46,675 bases of DNA, from NCBI GenBank assembly GCA_964346145.1, contig CAYFTL010000002.1, positions 1 through 46,675 of the forward strand, written 5' to 3'. Below are positions 24,659 to 35,091 of this stretch, piece after piece; position 1 is the stretch's first letter; every line of letters starts with the position of its first letter. The notes under the pieces were generated by a model. The model searched no databases, had not been told where the DNA came from, and saw only the letters and a list, made by a program, of their open reading frames with translations. The DNA is from an uncultured Oscillospiraceae bacterium (GTDB taxonomy: Bacteria > Bacillota > Clostridia > Christensenellales > Aristaeellaceae). A program made the position numbers and the translations under genes.

Positions 24659-25801
24659 CTATAGACTGGTATTTTTGGTGATGACAATCGGATAATCCGG
24701 TTGGCCGATCAGGCGGCCGTTGGGCTTGATGCTGACCGATTTATCAAAGATGACATTTTCCAGGTGGGCGCCATCGCGCACATCGGAATCCTGCATCAGT
24801 ATGCTGTTTTTCACGACAGCGCCATTGCCCACCCGGACGCCGCGGAAAAGTATGCTGTTTTCCACCGTGCCTTCGATTACGCAGCCGTCTGCCAACAGCG
24901 AATTGACGGCCTTGCCGCTGGCGGTGTAGGTGGCCGGAACCTCGTCGCGCACTTTGGTATAAATCGGGTTTGAAGCCAACAATTCCCGCCGGATTCCGTA
25001 ATCCAGCAGATCCATGTTGAAGCGGTAAAAGCTGAGCACTGAATCAATCTTGGTGCAGTAGCCCTTGTGCTCGTACCCTTGAATGTTCAAAACGCCGTTG
25101 TGCACATATTGCTGCAACAGATCTCGGTTGAAATCGTGCAGCCCGCGAGAGAAGGCTTGATCCACCAGGTGGATGAGCAGGGTACGCTTGATCATTAAAA
25201 CATCCATATAGCGGTTGTTGTAGCTGGGGCTGACGGCCATGGACTCCAGATCGGTGATCCGGTTGTCGGCATCCACATCCAGAAACACGCCGCGCCTGGA
25301 AAAGACTTCGCTGGAGGTCATGGGTTTGGGCGTAGTTTTCTCGTACATCAACGTAATGTCGGCGTTGTTTTCTACGTGTTGGCGGAACATTTCTTCGAAG
25401 CGGATATTGAACACGCTGTGGGCCCCGGTTAAAATCACGTATTCCTGTTTTGAACGGCGCAAGTAACTCATATTAGAGCGGAGTGCATCCATGATGCCGC
25501 CGTAGGTGCCCAAATTCTCACGGGTTAAAAAGGGAGGCAGAATGCGCAAGCCATTGTTGCGCGTATGCAGATCCCATTCCTTGCCCGAACCTAGATGGTC
25601 CATCAAAGAGTGATAGTTTTTTTGCATGATGACGCCCACGTTGCGCACGCCGCTGTTGACCAAGCTGGACAACACAAAGTCGATGATGCGGTAACGTCCG
25701 GCAACCGGCAGCGCCGCAACTGCGCGCGATACCGTAAGCTCGCGCAGCGTCAGATCGTTCCTGCTGGTATAAATGATTCCCATCAAATCCCGTTCGTTCA
25801 C
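24659..25801 (-). CDS. glgD: glucose-1-phosphate adenylyltransferase regulatory subunit GlgD
   Basis: It is homologous to GlgC but lacks the GGxGxRL catalytic loop ([21 protein letters not shown]). Its position between glgC and glgA is typical of Firmicutes. Confidence 0.8.
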   Translation of the reverse strand: MNERDLMGIIYTSRNDLTLRELTVSRAVAALPVAGRYRIIDFVLSSLVNSGVRNVGVIMQKNYHSLMDHLGSGKEWDLHTRNNGLRILPPFLTRENLGTYGGIMDALRSNMSYLRRSKQEYVILTGAHSVFNIRFEEMFRQHVENNADITLMYEKTTPKPMTSSEVFSRRGVFLDVDADNRITDLESMAVSPSYNNRYMDVLMIKRTLLIHLVDQAFSRGLHDFNRDLLQQYVHNGVLNIQGYEHKGYCTKIDSVLSFYRFNMDLLDYGIRRELLASNPIYTKVRDEVPATYTASGKAVNSLLADGCVIEGTVENSILFRGVRVGNGAVVKNSILMQDSDVRDGAHLENVIFDKSVSIKPNGRLIGQPDYPIVITKNTSL

Positions 25802-27003
25802 AGTATCGCCCCCTCTTCATTCTGGATGAAGTCGTCTGCATCCACCTGCGCTCCGGGCTGGAGCACGTAGCCCTTGGGCAGAATTGTATCTTGTCCAACT
25901 AAGGCAATTTCTCCTTCTGTAGCGCCGATCATGCAATCGGCCGAAACAACCGAATTCTCGCCGACGATCGCGCGCACGACCACGGCACCGGCCTGTATTA
26001 CAGCGCCGGGCATGATTACAGAATCCTCCACTCTGGCACCGTGTTCAATTTGCACCCCGGCAAACAAAACACTGTGCAACACTTCGCCGTTTACCTCGCA
26101 GCCTTCGGTGATCATGCTGCCGGCCACGGAAGCTCCATCGCCCACGTAGTGGGGAGGCATGATCGGGTTGCGCGCGTATATGCGCCAGCTCGGGTCGTAC
26201 AAGTCGAAGGCGGGTGGCGTTTTTAACAAATCCATGTTGGCTTCCCACAAGCTTTCAATGGTGCCCACGTCTTTCCAATAATCGCCAAACTCAAAGGCGA
26301 TCATTTTGCGTCCATCGGCCAACATTTTGGGGATAATGTTTTTGCCGAAATCGTTTTGGGATTCCTTGTTGGCTTCGTCATTTTCCAAGTACTCTTTCAT
26401 GGCCGACCAGGAGAATACATAGACGCCCATGGAGGCTTTGTTGCTCTTGGGGTTTTTGGGTTTCTCTTCGAAGTCGACGATTACGTTATCTTCGTCGGTT
26501 TCCATGATGCCAAATCGGCTGGCTTCGCTCCAGGGTACTGAACGCACCGCGATGGTCACATCGGCACCGTTGCGCACATGGGTGTTGAGCATGGAGTTGT
26601 AATTCATTTTGTAGATGTGGTCGCCCGAGAGTACCAGCACATAGTCGGGATTGTACTGCTGAATGAAAGGAACGTTTTGGTAAATGGCATTGGCCGTGCC
26701 GCGGTACCATTCGCCGATGTTTCCGCGCACATACGGAGGTAACACAAACACTCCGCCGTTTGCCAAGTCCAAATCCCAAGGCTGTCCGGAACCGATATAG
26801 CTATTTAATTCTAACGGTTGATATTGGGTCAGCACGCCGACCACGTCAATGCCCGAATTCGCACAATTCGACAACGGAAAATCGATAATCCGGTATTTTC
26901 CGCCAAACGGAACCGCGGGCTTTGCCATTTTTTTGGTCAGCGCTCCCAATCGGCTTCCCTGTCCCCCTGCCAACAACATGGCAATACATCGTTTCTTTTT
27001 CAA
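25798..27003 (-). CDS. glgC: glucose-1-phosphate adenylyltransferase catalytic subunit
   Basis: [45 protein letters not shown] is the canonical GlgC N-terminus. A left-handed beta-helix lies at the C-terminus. It overlaps glgD by 4 nt. Confidence 0.85.
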   Translation of the reverse strand: MKKKRCIAMLLAGGQGSRLGALTKKMAKPAVPFGGKYRIIDFPLSNCANSGIDVVGVLTQYQPLELNSYIGSGQPWDLDLANGGVFVLPPYVRGNIGEWYRGTANAIYQNVPFIQQYNPDYVLVLSGDHIYKMNYNSMLNTHVRNGADVTIAVRSVPWSEASRFGIMETDEDNVIVDFEEKPKNPKSNKASMGVYVFSWSAMKEYLENDEANKESQNDFGKNIIPKMLADGRKMIAFEFGDYWKDVGTIESLWEANMDLLKTPPAFDLYDPSWRIYARNPIMPPHYVGDGASVAGSMITEGCEVNGEVLHSVLFAGVQIEHGARVEDSVIMPGAVIQAGAVVVRAIVGENSVVSADCMIGATEGEIALVGQDTILPKGYVLQPGAQVDADDFIQNEEGAIL

Positions 27004-27295
27004 TTTGAATCACTGCCCTCCGCTTATGATATTTGGAGCAAATTTGCCGGCGCTAAAAATTGAAAAACTATGCTCGCCGTGTGCAAAAAGCATATTTCTT
27101 TCTAACAACCAGCGCTCGGTTAAAAGTTTAGACTTGCCATACTTCGCTTGATTTACAGTTAAATCTGCAAGTAAGGCTTGTTACATTATTGTAACCAAAA
27201 AACATAAATTAATCTACTCTTTACATACTTTTTTGGCAAATTGCACTATATAAATACCGTATTTGACATTAATAGTTCATATAAAGTGCATCACG

Positions 27296-27340
27296 GATAT
27301 AAAAACATAACCATCCCTGCGGGCAATGCATGGGATGGTT
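27296..27340 (-). terminator. candidate - strand terminator downstream of the uridine-kinase-like gene
   Basis: On the - strand, CCATCCC-atgcattgcccgca-GGGATGG is followed by TTATGTTTTTATAT. Confidence 0.45.
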
Positions 27341-27345
27341 GGTGT

Positions 27346-29004
27346 TTAATGCTCGAAACAGCTGCCGCCGATAAATTCGCGCAGGATGGAATTGGTTGGA
27401 ACCTCGTCTTCCGCGTCGGCGGTTTTGAAATAATTCAAGAACTTGACGATGCGCTGGGCGGCGGTATATTGGCGGTGATCTTTGCTGATTTCTAGCAGCA
27501 GTGGGTAAACATGGCGCTTTAAAATAGAAAGCTCATACACCAGCGAGGAGTTAAACAACACATCGGCATTTTCTTGGTAGGGGAAGATGTATTTTTCTTC
27601 TCCGCGGCGCACGGAGGACCACATTTCTAGGGTTTGGGCAATCGTAGTGCCGCGGAAGTGGTGGTCGCGCACCATGCGGCGGATCAGCCTGGCGTCGGTG
27701 GTACGGATGCGGTTGTGGTTGTCCAAATTCAAGGTGGTCAGCGAGCTGATATAGATTTTAAACTTCAATTCGCTGGGAATGGAGCTGGTGAGTTCGTCGT
27801 TTAAGCCGTGAATTCCTTCAATAATCAAAGGATGTTGTACATCCAGCTGGAGCAGTTTGCCGTCGGGCATGCTTCGGCCTTGCTTAAAATCGAACCAGGG
27901 CAGCTGAACCCGTTCCCCTTGGAGCAGTTGCACCATGTGTTCGTTGAACAAATCTATATTCAGGGTTTCCAGCCGCTCCAGGTCCCGGCTTCCGTCGGGC
28001 TCCAAGGGAACCTTGTCCCGGTCGATATAGTAGTCATCTAGGGATATGGAAACCGGCTTTAAGCCCAGCACCCGCAGTGCAATGCTTAAGCGGTTGGAAA
28101 AGGTGGTTTTGCCCGAGGAGGAAGGGCCTGCGATCAGGATAAGGCGCGCATCACTTTTTTGAAACTGTTCGGCCATTTCAAAGATGGAGCGCTGGTGCAG
28201 GGCTTCATTGACGCGGATGAATTCGCGTAGCTGGCCGCCGGCAATCATGTGGTTTAAATCGGCCACGTTTGCGCAACCCAGGATGTCGGACCAGCGGGCA
28301 GATTCGGCGTAGCAACGCATCAACTTGGGTTGATCCCGAAAGGGAGATACCTTATCGGGCTGGTCGGATTCGGGCAGCATGAGCACCATGCCCGGCATAT
28401 AAAACTTCAGCTGAAAAACTGGAATATAGTCGGTGGAGGGCGCCATGATCCCGTAAAAGTACTCCTGCATATCGCCACAGCTGTACAGGTGAAAATAGTC
28501 CAGCGAGCGGTGGGAGAGCAGCCGGACCTTGTCGATCATGTGGTGCTCTTTAAAGTACTCTATGGCGCGCTCCTTGCTCAGGGTATGGCGCACAAAGGGT
28601 AAGTTCCGCGCAACGATTTCGCGCATGCGTGCCTCGATTTTGCGAACCGTGGTGTTGTTTAGTTTATCGATGTTTTCCAGCGTCATGTAGATGCCGTTAC
28701 CGATCGAATTTTCGATGCGCAGGTCGGCATCAGGATGGAGTTCGTGCAGCGCAAGCAGCAATATAAAGCGCAAAGAGCGCTCGTATAGCCTGCGGCCTTC
28801 TGTGTGGGCATAATTGACGGTGGACGCGTTGCAGCCGTCGGGTATAGGCTCGGTGAGCGCGAATGTGCGCCCGCCTATGCGCACAGCCAACGTGCGCCCC
28901 GGTTTGACTTCGTTTTGCGTTACTTCTTCAAAAGTGGTTCCCTGGGCAACGCAAAGAGCTTCACCATCTAAGGTGAAGCGGATCATGGTATTGGTGTCAG
29001 CCAT
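27346..29004 (-). CDS. uridine kinase/phosphoribulokinase-family P-loop kinase fused to an N-terminal TGS / ThrRS-N-like domain
   Basis: The P-loop is GPSSSGKTTF. The uridine-kinase-like core runs DDYYID...IIEGIHGL. The N-terminal ~230 aa resemble the TGS plus second additional domain of ThrRS. Confidence 0.65.
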   Translation of the reverse strand: MADTNTMIRFTLDGEALCVAQGTTFEEVTQNEVKPGRTLAVRIGGRTFALTEPIPDGCNASTVNYAHTEGRRLYERSLRFILLLALHELHPDADLRIENSIGNGIYMTLENIDKLNNTTVRKIEARMREIVARNLPFVRHTLSKERAIEYFKEHHMIDKVRLLSHRSLDYFHLYSCGDMQEYFYGIMAPSTDYIPVFQLKFYMPGMVLMLPESDQPDKVSPFRDQPKLMRCYAESARWSDILGCANVADLNHMIAGGQLREFIRVNEALHQRSIFEMAEQFQKSDARLILIAGPSSSGKTTFSNRLSIALRVLGLKPVSISLDDYYIDRDKVPLEPDGSRDLERLETLNIDLFNEHMVQLLQGERVQLPWFDFKQGRSMPDGKLLQLDVQHPLIIEGIHGLNDELTSSIPSELKFKIYISSLTTLNLDNHNRIRTTDARLIRRMVRDHHFRGTTIAQTLEMWSSVRRGEEKYIFPYQENADVLFNSSLVYELSILKRHVYPLLLEISKDHRQYTAAQRIVKFLNYFKTADAEDEVPTNSILREFIGGSCFEH

Positions 29005-29029
29005 TTTTTCCTCCGGACCTCCTGTGCTA

Positions 29030-29470
29030 TTAAGCCTTGGGGATCAATTCAGATGTACAGTGAGGGCACCGGGTTGCCTTCTCGTTTACCGGATCAAAGC
29101 AGTAGGGGCATAATGTGGGCTGGGGTGCCTCTTGCGCCGGTTTGCGCAGCTTGTTAACCATCTTTACGAACATAAAGATACAGATAGCCACCAAGAAGAA
29201 ATCGATGACCGATTGCAGAAACATGCCGTAGTTCAGCGTAATTGCATCGGGTTCGGCGCCCAAAGCGATAGACCATTGGCTCACCTGGGCTTTGCCGGTT
29301 AGCAAAGAGATTAGCGGCATAAACAAATCGTTGACCAGGGACGTAACAATTTTGCCAAAGGCAGCACCGATCATCATACCTACGGCCAAGTCGATCACAT
29401 TGCCTTGAAATGCGAACTTTTTAAATTCTCCCCATAGGGAATTTTTTTCTTTTTTGATCTTTTCCAACAT
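29030..29470 (-). CDS. mscL: large-conductance mechanosensitive channel MscL with a C-terminal CxxC...CxxC zinc-ribbon
   Basis: FKKFAFQGNVIDLAVGMMIGAAFGKIVTSLVNDLFMP is canonical MscL TM1. The C-terminus reads LCPYCFDPVNEKATRCPHCTSELIPKA and takes the place of the usual cytoplasmic helical-bundle region. Confidence 0.8.
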   Translation of the reverse strand: MLEKIKKEKNSLWGEFKKFAFQGNVIDLAVGMMIGAAFGKIVTSLVNDLFMPLISLLTGKAQVSQWSIALGAEPDAITLNYGMFLQSVIDFFLVAICIFMFVKMVNKLRKPAQEAPQPTLCPYCFDPVNEKATRCPHCTSELIPKA

Positions 29471-29687
29471 GATTCCTCCTATGCAATTTATTTGTACCTT
29501 TTATAGATTATACCATAAATACAAGCCGGATAAACAAGATATGGATTTTTTTCAGCCTGCAAAGCTGAAATAGTGGTTTTGTTTGTGCTATAGAAATGCT
29601 ACAATTGAAACGTTGAATATTTTACCGATCACAATAAGACATTGTGGCAGGATTACATTGCAGCTGAACTTTGGGAAGGGGAGACTT

Positions 29688-31925
29688 ATGGAACAGGCCA
29701 AGTGGATTTGGGGACAAAAATTTGCGACCAAGAACAGCACTGCGCGCTTTCGCAAGGCTTTTGTGCTGAACGAGGCGCCGATGTCTGCGCTGCTGTCGGT
29801 ATCGGCACACCACAATTTTAAGATGCTGGTTAACGGCGTGCCCGTCGGCGGATTGGTGTCTCCGGCGCCGAGCATATTTCAAAAGCGCAAGCTGTTTGTG
29901 CGTCACGAGATTGGAAACTTGCTTCGCCCGGGCGCAAATGCGCTGGCGTTCACCGTGCTATATTTGGGCGGGGACGGCCAGAACCGCACCGGTGGCTGTG
30001 CGGGTTTGATTTTTGAGCTAAAAATGACCATGCCGGGGGGCGAAAGGATCATCGTTTCCTCGGGTGAAGATTGCCGAACTTCCGATATTAGCGAATACGT
30101 GCCCGACTTGCCCATGCGCGAACGGCGTGGGCTTACAGGAAGTACCCTCGTGGATTTGTCCCGGATTGAACCGGACTGGGCGCTACCTGGATTTGACGAC
30201 TCCGCTTGGGATCATGCGGTGATTTCCCCCGCCCAGTATTTGGTGCCGCAGCTGGATTTGCAGGGAATTCCCGAAGGCGCCGTCAGTCGAATTTGGCAAC
30301 CGCAGTGCATACACAGGCGGGAAGGGTTTTGGTTGTTTGATGCGGGGGAGGTGCTCACCGGCTTTGTGCGGCTGCGCTTTAGGGCGCCTAAGGGTACGCT
30401 GATTCGGCTGCGCTATGGGGAATTGCTGGATGGCGCCCGAAAGACCTGGCAAACCAAAGATGCAAAAAATCTTGAAATCAAAATGCAGGTCGAGCGCAGC
30501 GCAGTAAACGATGTGAGCGAATATTATATGGACGAATACGTAGCGCAAGGTGAGGGAGAAGAAACATGGGCCGAAGACTTCTCCTACCGGGCGTTCCAGT
30601 TTTTTGAGTTGAGCGGGGAAGGGATTGAGCTTACATCGGTAGAGGTTTGCAAGGCGGGCACCGACGCGCATTGCGCCGGAGCTTTCGCCTGCGATGCCGA
30701 CATACCCACCTGGCTGGCCGAAGCCTGCGTGCGTACCCAGAAGAATGCGATCATCGGTACGCTGGTGGACTGTCCGCACCGGGAGCAGGCCCAGTACATT
30801 GCCGATAGCCTGCGCCAAACCCACTTGCTTTTTTACAATTTCCCGGATGCGCCGGCGCTGGTGCGCAAGGTGTTGTGCGATTTTGCCGATGCACAGCTGG
30901 CCGAGGGCTATTTCCCGTTTAATTCGCCGCTGGACTGGGCGCCCGGCATGTTGCGGCTGCGCATGCCCGAGTACGATTTAATGTACGCGACATTGCTGCG
31001 AGATCTACACTTGTATTCCGGCGACAAGGCCAGCGTGGAAAAATATTATCCGGTTGCCACAAAAGCCTTGGCGTATTACTTATCGCTGCGCCACCCCAAC
31101 GGCCTGATGCCCCGGCAAAAAGAAGAAACCATGCACATTCAGGATTGGCCCTACAGCGAAATTGATGATGCGGGCGATTACTGGTTCATGTTCAACGCCT
31201 ACCTTTTGCAAATGCTCAAGGACACCGAGGTGCTAGCCCGCCTGCTAGGCTATGAGCAGGATGCGCGGCATTGGGATCAGGAAGCGACGCGGCTTCGCGC
31301 GGCCATCATAGACGGCTTTTATGACGAGCAAACCGGCTTATTCAAAGATACCCGGGATTCTGAGAAGCGCAACGCGGCGGTGCAGGTGATGGCCTACAAA
31401 CTCAATTTGTTCGATTCGGCGCAAAAGCAATGGGTGCTCGGATGGTTGGTGCAGGCGCCCTTTGAAACCAGGGTGATCATGTCTTGGGATTATTTGAACA
31501 TACTGTTTAGCGAAGGCTACAAGCAACAGGCCTACCAAATGCTGGTGGATCCAAAGGTCCGCTGGGGACGCATGATGGCCGAAGGTTGGCGCACGATTTG
31601 GGAGGGTTTTGAAGACATCGAATCTCACACCCACGCATGGAACGCCTACCCCATGCGGCTGTTCCAGCAATATTTGCTGGGCATATCCTGCGCGTCGGCG
31701 GGCTTTTCCAAGGCGCGGATAGAGCCGTTTTTCCCCGAAGGGGTGAGCGAGCTATCGGGCAGCGTGTGCACACCTTATGGCCTGATTTCGCTGCGCGCCA
31801 AGCGGAGTAAATCGCGGGCAGAGTTTGAAATTGAAGTGCCCGGCGGTGTTACGGGCTCCTTTAGCTATCAGGGGGAAGACAGGGAGCTTATGGCAGGACG
31901 GCATAGTATCTCAGTGGAGTTTTAA
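29688..31925 (+). CDS. glycoside hydrolase, alpha-L-rhamnosidase (GH78)-like six-hairpin enzyme
   Basis: The start is at MEQAKWIWGQ, after the GGGAAGGGGAG ribosome-binding site. KWIW is a GH78 N-terminal hallmark. LVDCPHREQAQYIADS matches the GH78 (alpha/alpha)6 catalytic-domain motif DCPHRER. Confidence 0.6.
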   Translation: MEQAKWIWGQKFATKNSTARFRKAFVLNEAPMSALLSVSAHHNFKMLVNGVPVGGLVSPAPSIFQKRKLFVRHEIGNLLRPGANALAFTVLYLGGDGQNRTGGCAGLIFELKMTMPGGERIIVSSGEDCRTSDISEYVPDLPMRERRGLTGSTLVDLSRIEPDWALPGFDDSAWDHAVISPAQYLVPQLDLQGIPEGAVSRIWQPQCIHRREGFWLFDAGEVLTGFVRLRFRAPKGTLIRLRYGELLDGARKTWQTKDAKNLEIKMQVERSAVNDVSEYYMDEYVAQGEGEETWAEDFSYRAFQFFELSGEGIELTSVEVCKAGTDAHCAGAFACDADIPTWLAEACVRTQKNAIIGTLVDCPHREQAQYIADSLRQTHLLFYNFPDAPALVRKVLCDFADAQLAEGYFPFNSPLDWAPGMLRLRMPEYDLMYATLLRDLHLYSGDKASVEKYYPVATKALAYYLSLRHPNGLMPRQKEETMHIQDWPYSEIDDAGDYWFMFNAYLLQMLKDTEVLARLLGYEQDARHWDQEATRLRAAIIDGFYDEQTGLFKDTRDSEKRNAAVQVMAYKLNLFDSAQKQWVLGWLVQAPFETRVIMSWDYLNILFSEGYKQQAYQMLVDPKVRWGRMMAEGWRTIWEGFEDIESHTHAWNAYPMRLFQQYLLGISCASAGFSKARIEPFFPEGVSELSGSVCTPYGLISLRAKRSKSRAEFEIEVPGGVTGSFSYQGEDRELMAGRHSISVEF

Positions 31926-32030
31926 CGCCGAGCGAGGGTGTGGCTGATTGTATGGATTTTACATGACGGCTTTATACTAAAAAGATGATCGCCGGGGACC
32001 AGTGGCCGGCGATGTGGGGGAGAAAAGGAA

Positions 32031-33182
32031 ATGGACAAACAGGTTAAAAAGAGCCAGGTATTGATGCATGGCGGCGAAAATCCCAAGCAACACATGGGCG
32101 CCGTGGTGCCGCCGATTTTTCAAAATTCGTTATTCGTGTTGTTTGATGAGGATGAAGCGGGCGGTGGCGGCTACAGTTACAGCCGTGCGGGCAATCCCAC
32201 GGTGGAATTGTGCGAGCGCAAGCTGGCCGAGCTTGAGGAGGCCGAAGATGCGGTGTGCATGGGTTCGGGCATGGCGGCGATATCTGCGGCCATTATGCAC
32301 TGTGTGGGCGCGGGAGATCACGTGGTGTGTATCCGCTCCTGCTACGGCGGTACCTATGATTTGCTCAACCGTTACATAAAAAAATTTGGCGTCGAAGTCA
32401 CTTTTGTGGACGGAAGTGTGAGCGATTACGAACAGGCGATTCGCCCGAACACCAAGCTGTTTTACCTGGAAAGCCCCTCGACCGCAGTGTTCCGCCTGCA
32501 GGACTTGCGCGCCCTTTCGGCTTTGGCTAAGGCCCACAACATACGCACGGTGATCGACAACACCTGGGCGACGCCCCTGCTGCAAAACCCGATGGCTTTG
32601 GGTGTGGATATGGTGGTGCACTCGGCCAGCAAATACTTGAGCGGGCATAGCGACATCGTCGCCGGGATGATCGCCGGTGCCAAGGCAGACATGGATGCAA
32701 TCCGCGCTGATGAGCGCATGCTGCTGGGCAATTGTTTGGATCCCCACGCCGCATGGCTGATGCTGCGGGGCATGCGCACGATGGGGCTGCGCATCAATCA
32801 AAACGGGCGCAGCGCTCAGGCGGTGGCTGAATTTTTGGAAAGCCGGAGCGAAGTGGGGCAGGTGTTTTTTCCCGGACTTAAGAGTCATCCTGATTATGAG
32901 CTGGGCAAAGCCCAGATGAGCGGGTATTCCAGCCTAATGTCCTTTACGCTGCCCGGCGGCAACGAGCAGCGCCGCAAGTTCATTAAAGGGCTGAAGGTAT
33001 TCCAAAATGGCTGCAGCTGGGGTGGGTTTGAGAGCTTGGTCATCGACTTTGGGACCCAGGCTCCAGGCGAGTTAGAGCAGCACGGTTGGCACCCCGATGC
33101 GGTGCGCATTTATGTGGGGCTGGAAGACACCCAGCTCTTGATAGAAGACTTAAGACAGGGGCTCGACGCGCTTCAGGCCTAA
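32031..33182 (+). CDS. Cys/Met-metabolism PLP-dependent enzyme (cystathionine beta-lyase / gamma-synthase / methionine gamma-lyase family)
   Basis: The PLP-lysine motif is SASKYLSGHSDIVAG. The length is 383 aa. The ribosome-binding site is GGAAA/GGGGGAG. Confidence 0.8.
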   Translation: MDKQVKKSQVLMHGGENPKQHMGAVVPPIFQNSLFVLFDEDEAGGGGYSYSRAGNPTVELCERKLAELEEAEDAVCMGSGMAAISAAIMHCVGAGDHVVCIRSCYGGTYDLLNRYIKKFGVEVTFVDGSVSDYEQAIRPNTKLFYLESPSTAVFRLQDLRALSALAKAHNIRTVIDNTWATPLLQNPMALGVDMVVHSASKYLSGHSDIVAGMIAGAKADMDAIRADERMLLGNCLDPHAAWLMLRGMRTMGLRINQNGRSAQAVAEFLESRSEVGQVFFPGLKSHPDYELGKAQMSGYSSLMSFTLPGGNEQRRKFIKGLKVFQNGCSWGGFESLVIDFGTQAPGELEQHGWHPDAVRIYVGLEDTQLLIEDLRQGLDALQA

Positions 33183-33210
33183 GCGGGCCGATATTTCTGG
33201 AGGGTATAAT

Positions 33211-35091
33211 TTGGCAGAGACTTTTGACATTGTGGTGATCGGTGCGGGGCACGCGGGAATAGAGGCGGCCCTGGCTGCCGCGCGCTTGGGACAGCGCACG
33301 TTGCTGTTGACCTTAAACCTGGATTCGGTGGCGCTGATGCCCTGCAACCCGTCGATCGGAGGCACGGCAAAGGGCCATTTGGTGCGGGAAGTGGACGCGC
33401 TGGGCGGCGAGATGGGGCTGGCGATCGACGAAACCTTTGTGCAATCCCGTATGCTCAACACCGGCAAGGGGCCGGCGGTGCACAGCTTGCGCGCCCAGGC
33501 CGACAAGCGGCGCTACCAGTTGCGCATGCGCAGGGCTGTGGAAAGCCAGCCCAATTTGTGGCTGCGCCAGGCGGAGGTCGCCCGTATATTGACTGCAAAC
33601 GGCGCAATTACCGGAGTGATTACGGTTACCGGCGCCCAAATTGATTGCCGGGCTGTGGTGGTGGCTTCTGGGGTATATTTAAAAAGCCGGATCATCATCG
33701 GCGAGCACAGCTGGCAGGGTGGCCCCCAAGGGTTGCTGGGAGCCGGACCGTTGGCCGATTCGTTGGCTGATTTAGGTTTTGCGCTACGCCGGTTTAAGAC
33801 GGGCACCCCAGCCCGGGTGGATGGGCGCACGCTGGACTTCTCCAAGATGCAGCCCCAAGGGGGCGATGAGCCTGTGGTGCCTTTTTCCTTTATGACCGAG
33901 AGTGATCTTAAAAACCAGGCGATGTGTTATCTGACTTACACCACGCCCCGCACCCACGAAATTATTATGGAGAATATGCACCGGGCGCCTATGTATACCG
34001 GGGCTATTCACGGCACCGGCGCCCGCTATTGCCCTTCAATCGAAGACAAGGTGGTGCGCTTTGCCGACAAGGAGCGCCACCCGATTTTCCTGGAGCCCGA
34101 AGGGCTGGACACGGTGGAGTGGTACGCCCAAGGGTTGTCTACCAGTTTACCCGAAGAGGTGCAGCGGCAGATATACCGCAGCGTACCGGGCATGGAGCAT
34201 GTCGAAATTTTGCGGTTGGCCTATGCCATCGAATACGATTGTATCGATCCGACGACCTTAAACGCACAGTTGGGCGCCAAAGAAGTTGCGGGGCTATATT
34301 TTGCCGGACAGATCAACGGCACTTCGGGCTACGAAGAGGCGGCAGCTCAGGGGTTATTGGCTGGGGTAAATGCCGCGCAGCATATTATGGAAAAACAGCC
34401 GCTGGTGCTCAGTCGTGCCGATGGCTACATTGGCGTGCTGGTGGATGATTTGATCACCAAGGGCACCGATGAACCCTATCGCATGATGACCTCCCGGGCC
34501 GAATACCGCTTGCTGCTGCGCCAGGATAACGCCGATTTACGTTTAACGCCCAAAGGATATGAGGTCGGGCTGGTGAGCGAACAGCGCTACCAGCGCATGG
34601 TGGACAAGCAAAACGCTACAAAACGGATGCTGAACAAACTGTCTTCCGCCCGGGTGGGGGCAGGAGAGGAGCTTAATCGCGTGCTTGAAACCAGGGGAGA
34701 GCCGCCCCTAGTCAGCGGATCGATTGCGCTGATGGATTTGTTGCGCCGGCCCAAGGTTATATACCAGGATTTGCAGGCGGTGGAGCCTTCGTTGGAGGAT
34801 GTGGACCGCGGTGTTGCGGAGCAGTTGGAGATTACCGCCAAGTACGAAGGATATTTGCAGCGCCAGCAACAACAGACCGAGAAATTCCACCGGGCGGAAA
34901 AGGTGGCCTTGCCCCAGGATGTGGATTATAGCCAAGTGGGAGGGCTGCGCATCGAAGCGCAGCAAAAGCTCAACGCCCAGAAGCCGGCTTCCTTGGGACA
35001 GGCGGCCAGAATCCCCGGGGTTTCCCCCGGAGACATTTCGGTGCTCATGGTATGGCTGGAAAAAAGGCGGAGGGAGAAGCGCAATGATTGA
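33211..35091 (+). CDS. mnmG: tRNA uridine-5-carboxymethylaminomethyl modification enzyme MnmG (GidA)
   Basis: A TTG start follows the GGAGGG ribosome-binding site. The FAD-binding motif is FDIVVIGAGHAGIEAALAAARLG. The length is 626 aa. rsmG follows. Confidence 0.9.
   Translation: MAETFDIVVIGAGHAGIEAALAAARLGQRTLLLTLNLDSVALMPCNPSIGGTAKGHLVREVDALGGEMGLAIDETFVQSRMLNTGKGPAVHSLRAQADKRRYQLRMRRAVESQPNLWLRQAEVARILTANGAITGVITVTGAQIDCRAVVVASGVYLKSRIIIGEHSWQGGPQGLLGAGPLADSLADLGFALRRFKTGTPARVDGRTLDFSKMQPQGGDEPVVPFSFMTESDLKNQAMCYLTYTTPRTHEIIMENMHRAPMYTGAIHGTGARYCPSIEDKVVRFADKERHPIFLEPEGLDTVEWYAQGLSTSLPEEVQRQIYRSVPGMEHVEILRLAYAIEYDCIDPTTLNAQLGAKEVAGLYFAGQINGTSGYEEAAAQGLLAGVNAAQHIMEKQPLVLSRADGYIGVLVDDLITKGTDEPYRMMTSRAEYRLLLRQDNADLRLTPKGYEVGLVSEQRYQRMVDKQNATKRMLNKLSSARVGAGEELNRVLETRGEPPLVSGSIALMDLLRRPKVIYQDLQAVEPSLEDVDRGVAEQLEITAKYEGYLQRQQQQTEKFHRAEKVALPQDVDYSQVGGLRIEAQQKLNAQKPASLGQAARIPGVSPGDISVLMVWLEKRRREKRND

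Noticed and set aside
24601-24687. 29-codon N-terminal extension of glgA ([29 protein letters not shown])
   Set aside because: Canonical GlgA begins at MKVLFAASE. That start has an AGGAGTG ribosome-binding site. The extension would overlap the glgD 3' end.
32130-32888. 252-aa - strand ORF inside the Cys/Met PLP-enzyme gene
   Set aside because: Antisense artefact. The sense protein carries the SxSKYLxGHxD PLP motif.
34799-35083. ORF-track 5' extension of rsmG (334 aa) overlapping the end of mnmG
   Set aside because: RsmG homology begins at MIEDLL (35084). The upstream stretch is an alternate-frame read-through of mnmG coding sequence.
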